A DNA stretch of 64,000 nucleotides, taken from positions 4,864,001 through 4,928,000 of the forward strand of contig OZ245046.1 of NCBI GenBank assembly GCA_965224245.1, in the 5' to 3' direction. The notes beneath the pieces were generated by a model that saw nothing but the letters and a program-made list of their open reading frames with translations, did no database searches and was not told where the DNA came from. Position 1 is the first letter of the stretch. Every line of letters begins with the position of its first letter. A program made the position numbers and the translations under genes. Source of the DNA: Candidatus Eiseniibacteriota bacterium. GTDB taxonomy: Bacteria; Eisenbacteria; RBG-16-71-46; CAZAMP01. This document shows, in pieces, positions 48,897 to 57,861 of the stretch.

Positions 48897-50362
48897 GTGT
48901 CACCGGTGCAGTGGCCCCCGGCGCGGACTGTCGGTTTCGGGTACTCGTGGACGACGATCGGCTCGACGGCATCGGCGACGTGACCATCGTCGAGGATCTC
49001 CGGGGCGGGGTGGATGCCAGGTTCGATCTGTGGCTCGACCCGGCGACTCGCATCCGGCCTGGCCAGCGCGTGACGGTTCGGGTGGAGCGGGTGGGCAGGA
49101 TCAACCACGACACCGAGATCCACACGTGGTGCCGTACCACGTCGACCTTTCGGGTCTCGGGCGAGCGGGCAACGTGCCGTACGCACGCCACCGATCCCCT
49201 CCGCGTGCATCCGCCGCAGCCGGAGTTCCGGAGTCATGCCGGCGGTGTCGGGTTGCTGCAGCTCGCGCGCGCGGTGGCGCGTCTGCCGAAAGGCGTGCGC
49301 GCGTCCGCCCAAGACGTACCGGTGCGCGCGGCCTGGCTTCTGCAAGCCGACGAATCCGCGGTCGAGTTCATGCACCGGGTAGCGGCCGCGATCGACCACG
49401 TCGTGTTCTGGAGTCGAGACGAGCTGACCGCGGCGATGATCGGTGACGACCGCGAGGACCACGAGCTCGGCGACTTCGGCGAGGACGACGTTCTGCGAGC
49501 GACCTACGTGGAGTCGGTGGGCCTGCATGGGACCAACACGACGTGGATCCATCCGGAGACGCGATCGGTGCAGCAACGTCGTCAGGACCCGCACCGCTCG
49601 GGCGGTACGATCGCAACGCGTCGAAGCGCGTGGCGCGCCGGCGGCGCGGTCATGCCGGCACCGGCCGATGGTCTGTGGATGGCGACGACATTGTCGACAC
49701 ATCGGCCGGACGTCCGCCTCGGGTCGCGGCTCGAGATGGAGAACGGTCCCTGGATTGTCCACCGCGTCGAGCATCACCTCACGGCTCGCGGCACCTACGA
49801 GAACGTGATCCACGCCGTGCGCGCGGTGGACTGGGGACGTCCCGCGTACGCGCTGACGCCGTTGGTGATCGGCCCGCTGCACGCGACGGTGGTCGACAAC
49901 GAGGATCCGGCTGCTCTGGGACGGATCCGTGTCGTCCTGCTCGAGGATCCTGACCGGCGTCCGACACCGTGGGTGCCTTACGGATTTGCCTACGCGGGTC
50001 CAGCACATGGGATTCACTACGTTCCCGAGAAGGGCGACCTGGTCCTCGTGGATGCCGAGCCCGGCTCGCCCGAGCGTCTCTACGCTCGAGGCAGCATCCG
50101 AAGCGCTCGGTCGCCGGTGCCCGACGATTGGCAGGTCCGTGGTAACGCGATCAAGACCTGGGTGACCCGGGGCGGCAGCGGTGTCGTCATCGACGACGGG
50201 AGCCGCACCCTCCGGGCGACCGCGGGCGCCATGCTGAGTGTGAACGCCGACGACCTGGTCGCCGAAGCGACGACTCTCCGACTCCACGCTGCCGGGAGTC
50301 TGGCGCTCGACGGTGACGAGCACGTCGCGATTCGGTCTCGCCGTCGCATCGATCTGGGGTGA
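48893..50362 (+). CDS. vgrG: VgrG/TssI spike protein (gp27-like hub, gp5 OB-fold, short beta-helix)
   Basis: Q.DES..EF..R; ATVVDNEDP..LGRIRV; TPW; YAG..HG...VPE.GD.VLV; N.IKT..TRGG..V.IDD; terminal IDL. Confidence 0.85.
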   Translation: MSVTGAVAPGADCRFRVLVDDDRLDGIGDVTIVEDLRGGVDARFDLWLDPATRIRPGQRVTVRVERVGRINHDTEIHTWCRTTSTFRVSGERATCRTHATDPLRVHPPQPEFRSHAGGVGLLQLARAVARLPKGVRASAQDVPVRAAWLLQADESAVEFMHRVAAAIDHVVFWSRDELTAAMIGDDREDHELGDFGEDDVLRATYVESVGLHGTNTTWIHPETRSVQQRRQDPHRSGGTIATRRSAWRAGGAVMPAPADGLWMATTLSTHRPDVRLGSRLEMENGPWIVHRVEHHLTARGTYENVIHAVRAVDWGRPAYALTPLVIGPLHATVVDNEDPAALGRIRVVLLEDPDRRPTPWVPYGFAYAGPAHGIHYVPEKGDLVLVDAEPGSPERLYARGSIRSARSPVPDDWQVRGNAIKTWVTRGGSGVVIDDGSRTLRATAGAMLSVNADDLVAEATTLRLHAAGSLALDGDEHVAIRSRRRIDLG

Positions 50363-51936
50363 ACATGTTCGAGCTGGAGGCATTGACTCGCACCATGCTG
50401 GATGCGATCGACGATGTCGGCGCCGCCCTCGTGGAACGGACGCGCACCGCGTGCGCGAACGCGCTGCTGGCGGTGTCGGATCCAGGGCTTGCACTACCGT
50501 CTCCACCGGTCGCGCTGATGGAGTTCGACACGGACGAGACGGCAACCCTCGACCGACGGGCCTTGCTGCGGTCAGAGCTGGCACTCAAGGCGTCAGGCGA
50601 GATCCTGGTGACTCCGGTGTGCGGGGACATCGTGGTTCATCCGTGGCGCATCGAGAGCGCCGAGTGGATCATGGACGACCCACGCGACACCGGTGAGGAC
50701 GATCCCAGGGTGGCGAGGGGCGTCGTGTGTCGGCTTCGGAGATCCCCGGCGTCGACTTGCACGCCGGGTCCCCTGACCGTGCACGTGGGAGTGGACCCGG
50801 CGGTGGTTGGAAGCCTCAGACGGAGCATCGCGACGGCGCGCGCGATCGACGACTCGGACACCCAGCGACTGCTCGTCGTGGACCGAAAGCCGGAGACGTA
50901 TCTTGCCACACGGGTCCCCGTCGGTCCCACGACGACCGATCAGCAGGTCGCGGCACAGGAGGAGACGCTCGTCAGCGTGTATGTGACGCGCGAACTCTGC
51001 GAGCGCGAGTCATGGACGCTCGAGCTCCGCTTCGCGCGGCGAGCACTGGCCGTGTCGTCGACGCCGTCCGTGACGGCAAACGTGCACTCGGTCTGGAACT
51101 CCCTGTGGACGCGGTATCCAGAGCGCGCGTCGGTGCAGCAGACCGTGTCCGAGAACCGGAATCGCTGGGTACATGCGCTCGGGTCCCGAGACGTGGGATC
51201 GAGCTGGCGTGCGTGGAGCGTCGTTCGCGTCGGGACCTCACGGCGCCTCCATTCCGCCACGTCCTGGTTCGCGTCGACGGGCCGTTCGCCGGCGACCGAC
51301 ACACCGGCGCTCCTGCTGGCGTACGTCGGTGAACAGACGTCGCATCCCGAGCGACAAGTGCGCGCGACGTCTCCTACCCCCGTTCTGTCGATCGTGGTCG
51401 ACGCGACCACGCGGCGACACCTGGACGATGCCCGCACGAAACTGACGGCGGAGTACTGGATCACGACGGGTGCCGACGGCAATGGCGTTCCGGCTGGCAC
51501 CGCATTTCACGTCGACTCACCCCTGTCGGCTCGTCTTCAGGGACGGCTCGTCACGTCGATGTGGGGTGGCACCGACGGCGCGATGGGCCATGTGGTCGAC
51601 TTCTCGGGAGACGAGCAGCCATCGGTGTTCGTGGCTCCACGTGGCTTGCTCACGGTGACTGACGCGATGAACATCATCGCGCGTGCCTCGGGAGGGATGC
51701 TGGACGTGGTCGATCCGCGGGACTTCCTTCGCTGGGGGGCAGCGTCGCCGATCGAGCCGCTCGTCGTGCGCGTGCGGTTCCGCGACCGCGTCCCCGGCCA
51801 TCAGGGCGGAATCGTGCTGGCAGCGTGTCGCGGCGCACTCGAGCAGCGGATGGGCAGCGCGGTCGCGGCCGGACTCGTGCTCACTTGCGACGAGATGCGA
51901 GATGGGGTCGCAATGGATGTTTCCGATGACGCGTAG
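50359..51936 (+). CDS. tssF: Divergent baseplate wedge protein TssF-like
   Basis: FELE.L...P..ALM, TP, YW.T.G..GNG..AG, GG.D, LLT..D motifs; position after vgrG with GTGA overlap. Confidence 0.55.
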   Translation: MNMFELEALTRTMLDAIDDVGAALVERTRTACANALLAVSDPGLALPSPPVALMEFDTDETATLDRRALLRSELALKASGEILVTPVCGDIVVHPWRIESAEWIMDDPRDTGEDDPRVARGVVCRLRRSPASTCTPGPLTVHVGVDPAVVGSLRRSIATARAIDDSDTQRLLVVDRKPETYLATRVPVGPTTTDQQVAAQEETLVSVYVTRELCERESWTLELRFARRALAVSSTPSVTANVHSVWNSLWTRYPERASVQQTVSENRNRWVHALGSRDVGSSWRAWSVVRVGTSRRLHSATSWFASTGRSPATDTPALLLAYVGEQTSHPERQVRATSPTPVLSIVVDATTRRHLDDARTKLTAEYWITTGADGNGVPAGTAFHVDSPLSARLQGRLVTSMWGGTDGAMGHVVDFSGDEQPSVFVAPRGLLTVTDAMNIIARASGGMLDVVDPRDFLRWGAASPIEPLVVRVRFRDRVPGHQGGIVLAACRGALEQRMGSAVAAGLVLTCDEMRDGVAMDVSDDA

Positions 51937-52468
51937 CATGCTGCACGATGCCGACACCCCTCGTCGAGAGCTGGGCATCGACGTCGGTCGACAGATCACG
52001 GAACGGATCGGGGAGCGCCTCGGCGCCGACGAAGGAGCCCGTGACGACGTCCCGGGGCGGGTGTCGAAGCAGCTCGGTGACGCGCTCGCGCTCCTCGCCT
52101 CGCCTCCGGTTCGACAGCGTCTCGACGAGCTGGAAACGCTGCTGGCCGTCGTGCTCACGACACCGTGGCACGTCGCCGCGATCGAGATCGCCAAGCCTCT
52201 GCCGCACGTGATCACCCGCTTCACGCGATCGGCGCACCGCGGAGCGCGCATCTCGGTGGGGAGAGGACGGCGCGCGAGCCGAATCGGAGAATGTCGGGTC
52301 GCCGAAACGCCGATCACCGTGCACCTGCCACAGGTGAGTGAGGTCGGGCCGGATCAGCCGCGGGACTGGGTGCTCCGGGCGCCAGTCGGCACGGTCGTGC
52401 GGCCAGCCGAGGAGGCGCCGTTGGATGTCCGGGTCGGCGTCAGTTGCATCGAGGAGGATGCATCATGA
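51917..52468 (+). CDS. Short hypothetical protein, possibly a reduced TssG-like wedge subunit
   Basis: Follows tssF and is coupled to the PAAR gene (ATGA); LE.LL..VL..P motif. Start uncertain (51917, 51926 or 51938). Confidence 0.45.
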   Translation: MFPMTRSMLHDADTPRRELGIDVGRQITERIGERLGADEGARDDVPGRVSKQLGDALALLASPPVRQRLDELETLLAVVLTTPWHVAAIEIAKPLPHVITRFTRSAHRGARISVGRGRRASRIGECRVAETPITVHLPQVSEVGPDQPRDWVLRAPVGTVVRPAEEAPLDVRVGVSCIEEDAS

Positions 52469-52791
52469 GAGGTATCGCCCGCCGGGGCGATCGCATCGAA
52501 GGGGGTGTTCACTGCCACGGTGGCCACTCGCACCCTCCGCCGGCGAGCCCGGGCCGGATCGTCGGGGGCGCGCGCAAGGTGTTCGTCAACGGTCGCCCGG
52601 CGGCTCGCGCCGGAGACAGTGGGTACTCGCCGCTCTGCTGCGCCGGCATCGGCCGCATCTCGATCCGAGAGGACCAGATGCTCGTGTGGATCGAGGGAAA
52701 GCCGGCGGCTGGCGTCGGAACACCCACCATGCACTGCGACGTCGCCCCGGGACGCATTGCCACCGGAAGCACCGAGGTCCGCATGCCGTAG
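52465..52791 (+). CDS. PAAR-repeat spike tip protein
   Basis: IARRGD, VFVNGRPAARAGD, IEGKPAAGVG, GRIATGS.EV; His/Cys metal ligands. Confidence 0.92.
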   Translation: MRGIARRGDRIEGGVHCHGGHSHPPPASPGRIVGGARKVFVNGRPAARAGDSGYSPLCCAGIGRISIREDQMLVWIEGKPAAGVGTPTMHCDVAPGRIATGSTEVRMP

Positions 52792-52810
52792 CGCGGCGTC
52801 CGGCTACACG

Positions 52811-52848
52811 GTGTCCGAAAAGGGCACCTCCCGCGCGTTCACTTGATG
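52811..52848 (+). promoter_or_regulatory. Block-specific ECF-type promoter motif, upstream of the terminal lipoprotein
   Basis: GTGTCCGAAAAG-N13-CGTT-CACT-TGATG; first 12 nt identical to the 41498 copy. Confidence 0.7.
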
Positions 52849-52871
52849 GACGCCATCAAGGGAGGTGAGAG

Positions 52872-53639
52872 ATGACGACGCGAACGGGCGCGACCCGCTG
52901 GCCGGGCCGCCTCGGTGCACTGCTCGTACTGGTATGTGGGATACAGGCTTGCGAGAAGCCGACGGAGTCCGAGCCGGACGATCGACGTGAGTTCTCGATC
53001 CGCGCGACGCTGGGCGCCGACACGCCCGTGCGGGGCGCAACGGTGCGAATCCCGCTCGGGACTCGCTCGCTCAGTGAGCGAACCGGTGACGACGGACGCT
53101 GCACGTTCTATTTCGAAAGGGATGAGGATCTTCCACCGCGCCTCGTCGCCACGATCGAGCACGCGTCGATCATGCCCGATGCGGTCGCGTTCGACACGTC
53201 CGGCGACGGGGACGCCCTCCGTCGCACGTGCGTTCGACGACCGTCGACGACGTACGTCGAGGACGTGACGCTTCACCACCTCGGGAACGATCGGTACGGT
53301 GGCGACCCCAACTCGCAGCTCCAGATTCCGTCTCAGGGGATCTCGCAGACGTACCGCTTCCACCTCGACACGTATCCGTCACGGATGCCGACGATCCGGC
53401 TCTATGCGCGAGGCATCCAGCATCCGACACGGATTCAGCTCAACGGACAGACGGTGTCGCGGCTCGGGGACAGCGACCCGTCGGGCGGGCTGAGCAGGTA
53501 CAACTTCCGGCTCGGGGGCGCTCCGCGTTCGGTGCTCCGTCCCGGCATGAACACGCTGACCGTTCACACCGCCCCGTACAACGAGAGCGATCCGTGGGAC
53601 GACATCGAGTTCTGCGCGCTGATGCTGTACTTCGAGTAG
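52872..53639 (+). CDS. Lipoprotein with prealbumin-like and jelly-roll-like domains
   Basis: Lipobox IQAC; PVRGATV..TGDDG; LHHLGND.Y.G..NS.LQ; WDDIEF. RBS GGAGG. Confidence 0.75.
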   Translation: MTTRTGATRWPGRLGALLVLVCGIQACEKPTESEPDDRREFSIRATLGADTPVRGATVRIPLGTRSLSERTGDDGRCTFYFERDEDLPPRLVATIEHASIMPDAVAFDTSGDGDALRRTCVRRPSTTYVEDVTLHHLGNDRYGGDPNSQLQIPSQGISQTYRFHLDTYPSRMPTIRLYARGIQHPTRIQLNGQTVSRLGDSDPSGGLSRYNFRLGGAPRSVLRPGMNTLTVHTAPYNESDPWDDIEFCALMLYFE

Positions 53640-53677
53640 CGGCGCCCCATCGCGGGGTGGGCGAGCAAATGGGATCG

Positions 53678-53710
53678 AGGCGACTCGGCACGGAGGGCGC
53701 CGAGTCGCCT
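53678..53710. terminator. Hairpin between convergent genes
   Basis: AGGCGACTCGGC-N9-GCCGAGTCGCCT, 12-bp stem. Confidence 0.55.
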
Positions 53711-53721
53711 AGCAATGGACG

Positions 53722-54333
53722 CTAGCCGCGCGCGGCGGCGTACAGCGATCCAACCTTGTCCCAGTTCACGACGTTCCAGAACGCCGAGATGTAGTCCGGC
53801 CGGCGATTCTGGTAGTGGAGGTAGTACGCGTGCTCCCACACGTCGAGTCCGAGGATCGGCGTGTAGCCCTGCATGTACGGCGAGTCCTGGTTGGCGGTCG
53901 AGAACACCTCGAGCTTGCCGTTCTTCACCGCGAGCCAGGCCCAGCCGCTGCCGAATCGGGTGGCGCCGGTCTTCGAGAACGCGTCCTTGAAGGCGTCGAA
54001 GCCACCGAGCTCGGAGCCGATCGCCTTGCCGAGATCGCCCGACGGCGCGCCGCCGCCGCTCGGTCCCATGATCTGCCAGAAGAGTGAGTGGTTGGCGTGG
54101 CCACCGCCGTTGTTGATGACGGCCTGTCGAGCCGAATCCGGGATGTCGCCGATGCCACGCAGCACGTCCTCGATCGACTTCGACGGGAAGGCGGAGTGGC
54201 CCTCGAGCGCCTTGTTGAGGTTCGTGACGTAGGCGTTGTGGTGCTTGCCGTGATGGATCTCCATCGTGCGGGCGTCGATGTGCGGCTCCAGCGCGTCGTG
54301 CGCGTACGGGAGGTCGGGCAACGTGAAGGCCAT
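53722..54333 (-). CDS. sodA: Superoxide dismutase (Mn-type signature)
   Basis: [34 protein letters not shown]. Confidence 0.95.
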   Translation of the reverse strand: MAFTLPDLPYAHDALEPHIDARTMEIHHGKHHNAYVTNLNKALEGHSAFPSKSIEDVLRGIGDIPDSARQAVINNGGGHANHSLFWQIMGPSGGGAPSGDLGKAIGSELGGFDAFKDAFSKTGATRFGSGWAWLAVKNGKLEVFSTANQDSPYMQGYTPILGLDVWEHAYYLHYQNRRPDYISAFWNVVNWDKVGSLYAAARG

Positions 54334-54783
54334 GTCGAGGCTCCTCTCGGTGTGAAAGACGTCGGTTTCGGATGGTCAAGGACCCCTCGCGCTCGGGCGG
54401 CGAGGGGCGGCGGGTCGCGTGGCGCGGTCCCGCGGCGCGGGCGATGGTGCGTGCTCACCGTCAGCGGCGGACGGGCCGTCCAATCGACGAGTGGAACAGG
54501 GTACCACCGCGGGCACGCCGGCGAAAGGGACGCCCGCTCGCCGGCGCTGTCGCGTCGAGCGACAACACGTGTGCTCGCAGAGCGTTAGCGTGACCCGAAC
54601 GACGACCCCGCAAGGACGCGCGGCGACCCGGCGGGGACTCGTGGAACGCCCCCGGGTGGAAACGCGCGGACACGCCCCCGGGTTCCGTCCCGCCGTGGGT
54701 GGACGGCGGCCCGTCCCCACGTCTCACGCCGACACCCGGGTGTCGGCTTTCCCCGCGCCGCCCTCGCGTGCGAAGCTTCCGCC

Positions 54784-55608
54784 ATGAAACGACCCGGACA
54801 GCGCCTCGACGCGTTCCTCGCGCACGCCGGCGTCGGATCTCGTTCGGAGGTCCGCCGCCTCATTCGCTCGCGCCGGATCGTCACGGTCGACGGCGAGACG
54901 TGCATCGATCCCGGGCGTCACGTGTCGACCGAGACGATCGCGGTCGACGGCACGATCGTCGCCGCCGCGCCCACCGACGTCGTGCTCCTGATGCACAAGC
55001 CCCTGGGACACGCGTGCAGCCACGACGTCGCCGAGTCGCCCACCGTGTTCGAGCTTCTGGACGACGTCTACACGGGTACGTCGCTCCAGTGCGTGGGCCG
55101 CCTCGACCGCGAGTCGTCCGGCCTCCTCGTGCTCACCGACGACGGTCAGCTCAATCACGCGCTGACGCATCCGAAGCGCAAGGTGCCGAGGCGGTATCGT
55201 CTCGTCTACGAGGGCGAGCTCGTGCCGGACGCCGTCCAGCGGGTGGCGGAAGGGATCGTGCTCCGGGACGACGAGCGGCCGACGAGGCCGGCGGTGCTGA
55301 CGCTCGGGGAGGCCGTCGCCGGGGCCGACGCGTCGCCACCCGGGCACGCCGCGACGATCGTGCTCAGCGAGGGCCGGTACCATCAGATCCGGCGGATGAT
55401 CGCCGCGCTCGGTGGACGCGTCGTGTCGCTGCACCGGGATCGGATCGGTCGGCTGGAGCTGCCGGCCGATCTCGCGCCGGGCGAGTCGCGCCCGGCGACC
55501 GCGGAGGAGCTGGAGCGTCTCGTCACGTCCGACCAGGTCCGGGGCACCGTCACGTCGACGCGCGACGACCCATCGCCATCATGCGAGTGCAAGCCGTCGC
55601 GCGAGTGA
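54784..55608 (+). CDS. rsuA: RsuA-family rRNA pseudouridine synthase
   Basis: N-terminal S4 (RLDAFLA..GSRSEV), HKP.G, VGRLDRESSGLL, EGRYHQIRRM. Confidence 0.85.
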   Translation: MKRPGQRLDAFLAHAGVGSRSEVRRLIRSRRIVTVDGETCIDPGRHVSTETIAVDGTIVAAAPTDVVLLMHKPLGHACSHDVAESPTVFELLDDVYTGTSLQCVGRLDRESSGLLVLTDDGQLNHALTHPKRKVPRRYRLVYEGELVPDAVQRVAEGIVLRDDERPTRPAVLTLGEAVAGADASPPGHAATIVLSEGRYHQIRRMIAALGGRVVSLHRDRIGRLELPADLAPGESRPATAEELERLVTSDQVRGTVTSTRDDPSPSCECKPSRE

Positions 55609-55619
55609 CCTCCGGAACG

Positions 55620-57647
55620 TCACTCGGCCAGGACGACGCGCACCGCCCGCACGCCAGGGCTCCCTCGCACGAAGTACACGCCAGGAGCCACCCGGTCCCC
55701 GCGGTCGTTGCGCGCATCCCAGTCGAACCGTCCGCCCAGCCCCGGCACGGTCGATCGCACGACGCGGCCGGTCGCGTCCAGAACCTGAACCGATCGAGGC
55801 GGTCCGGTGACGCCGTCCAGGACCACGCTCACCCGCTGCGTGAACGGATTGGGGACCGCACGACGCGTCACCGACCGTTCATCGACCACGGGCCCCTCCA
55901 CGTCGAGCGACGACAGGAGGTCGTCGATCACCCCGGTCATCAACAGGGGGTCGTAATCACAGGATCGGTACGCGACCCTCCCGTCGGGGTCGATGATGAA
56001 GTCACGCGGGAACGGAGATGCGCAGTTGTGAATCAGGTAGTCGACGTACGTCGCCGAGGTCCCCGCCGGATCGGCCAGGATCGGGAACGTCACGCCGAAC
56101 TGATCGGCGAAGTCGGCCGCGATCGCGGCCGACTCCCCCCGGTCGATGCCGAGCACCACCACGCCGTCGGCCTGGTACGTCTGCCAGATCGTCACCTCGA
56201 GGTCCGAAAACTCCGGACCGCACACCGGTCACCAGGATGCGAAGAAGGCGAGAAGGACCACCCGGCCTTCGTAGTCGGACAGCGTGTACGTGAGTCCGTC
56301 GATGCCCGGCAACGAGAAGTCGGGAGCGTCGTCCCCGACCTGGAGCGTCGTCGGGTTCCCCTCGAGATAGACCTGCGTCATCGGCTCGTCGGGGTCGTTG
56401 CTGGCCAGGCGCAGCGACGCCACGTAGTCCTCGCCGCCCGGGGAGGTGAACGTGACCACCACGTCGCGGGATTCGTCTTCGCCGAGCATGAAGGGGCCCG
56501 TGTCCACGCTGAACGCCCCGGCGCCGGACCCCCCGAGGTTCACACCCGTGACGTCGAGCACGCCCACGCCCGTGTTCGTCACCGTGACGATCGCGTCGGC
56601 GCTCTCGCCGGCGGGTACGTCGTCGGCGACGAACTCGTCGGGAGTGGCGCGAATGTCCGGCGACACCTCGGCGCCGTACTCGTACACACGGAACGTGGAC
56701 CAGTCGGCGACGTAGATTCGCGTGCCCTCGGCCACGAGACCCATGGCACGATAGGGCGTGTCCTCCCAGCCGACTCGCGTCGGAACGGACGGGATCGAGA
56801 CGTCGACGACCGAGAGCTCCTCCCACTCGGCCACGTACAGAAGGGATCCCGAGAGATGGAGGTTGAACGCCGTCAGCGACGTGTCGTAGGTGCCGACCAG
56901 GACCGGCAGATCCGGATTCGAGAGGTCGTACACGTCGGCGCCGTCGGTCCCGACCGCCGTGGCCAGCAGTCCGCCGTCGGACGTGATGTCCTGCGCGACG
57001 CCGGATCCCGCGACGGATGCGAGGTGAACGGGGCTCCCGGGCGCGGACACGTCGAGGACCGACACGCCGCCCGCGCCGTCGGCCACGTAGAGCCGATCGT
57101 CCACCAGCACCATGCGGTAGGCGTTCTGGACGCCGTCCGTCACGACGCTCACCGGCGCCGGGTTCGCCGGATCGGTCAGGTCGAGCACCTGGATCCCGGC
57201 GTCGTGTCGCGCCGCGTACAGCGTCGTACCGTTTCGCAACACGCCCTCGATCTGGATGCCCGGAAGATCGATCGTGTCCACGACGTGGGGATTCGTGGGA
57301 TCCGAGAGATCGTACGTGCGGAGACCGTTCTCACGGGCTCCGCAGTAGCCGTGCGCGGCGCCCAGCGCCATTCCGTAGTATGCGACGGTCTGATCCGATC
57401 CGACGAGGCTCGGCGCGCCGGGATCGCCGACGTCGTAGACGCTGAGTCCCCCGGTTCCGATCACGTAGACCGTGTCGCCGACCTTCTCCGCGTCGAGGTA
57501 GTGCACGAAGAACGTCGGCCTGAACGCGCCGAGGAGCTCGACGCCGTCGCTGGCCTCGGCCCCGGTGCCGAGCAACGCCAGTGCACCGCCGACGAGGACG
57601 CGCGGCACGATCCGGCCCGCGCCCGGGCTGTTCGAACGGGATGACAT
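55620..57647 (-). CDS. Exported selenoprotein: LVIVD repeats, ASH-type Ig domain, redoxin (UxxC), FlgD-Ig/T9SS-like C-terminal domain
   Basis: ORFs 56229-57932 and 55620-56225 share one frame, separated only by TGA (56231-56229). Readthrough gives [24 protein letters not shown]. Confidence 0.85.
56201..56219 (-). promoter_or_regulatory. Bacterial SECIS-like hairpin
   Basis: GGUCCGGA-GUU-UUCGGACC starts 9 nt after the UGA; the apical loop begins with GU at +18. Confidence 0.7.
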
Positions 57648-57861
57648 GGCTCCCTCCCGGTTCCGGCCGGATCTCGGACTGCGCGACGCGGCGAGGCCGT
57701 GATCGCGCTGGACGGGGCGAGGCGCTCGGGAATCGAGAAGATCGTACCACGCGGAGGGGGCCAGATCGTCCGGGCCCATGCACAACGGCCTCGGCCGAGG
57801 CGACCGAGAAGCGCTCTCGTTCCGAGGCCGCCGATGGAGACGATTCACCGCCGAACGGCGA

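Noticed and set aside
46563-52791. Prophage tail, tailocin or eCIS
   Set aside because: The sheath is split into TssB and TssC, and there are no tape measure, tail fibre, capsid, lysis or Afp15-type ATPase genes.
56229-56231. Nonsense mutation or pseudogene reading of the redoxin gene
   Set aside because: The stop is TGA exactly at the catalytic Cys position, with a SECIS-like hairpin and an intact downstream frame; selenocysteine is the better explanation.
54699-57644. 981-aa plus-strand ORF and similar long ORFs (30292-32922, 22482-24917, 22519-24756, 43646-45763, 61829-63946)
   Set aside because: Alternative-frame or antisense shadows of recognisable genes, with R/P/G-biased composition and no domain motifs.
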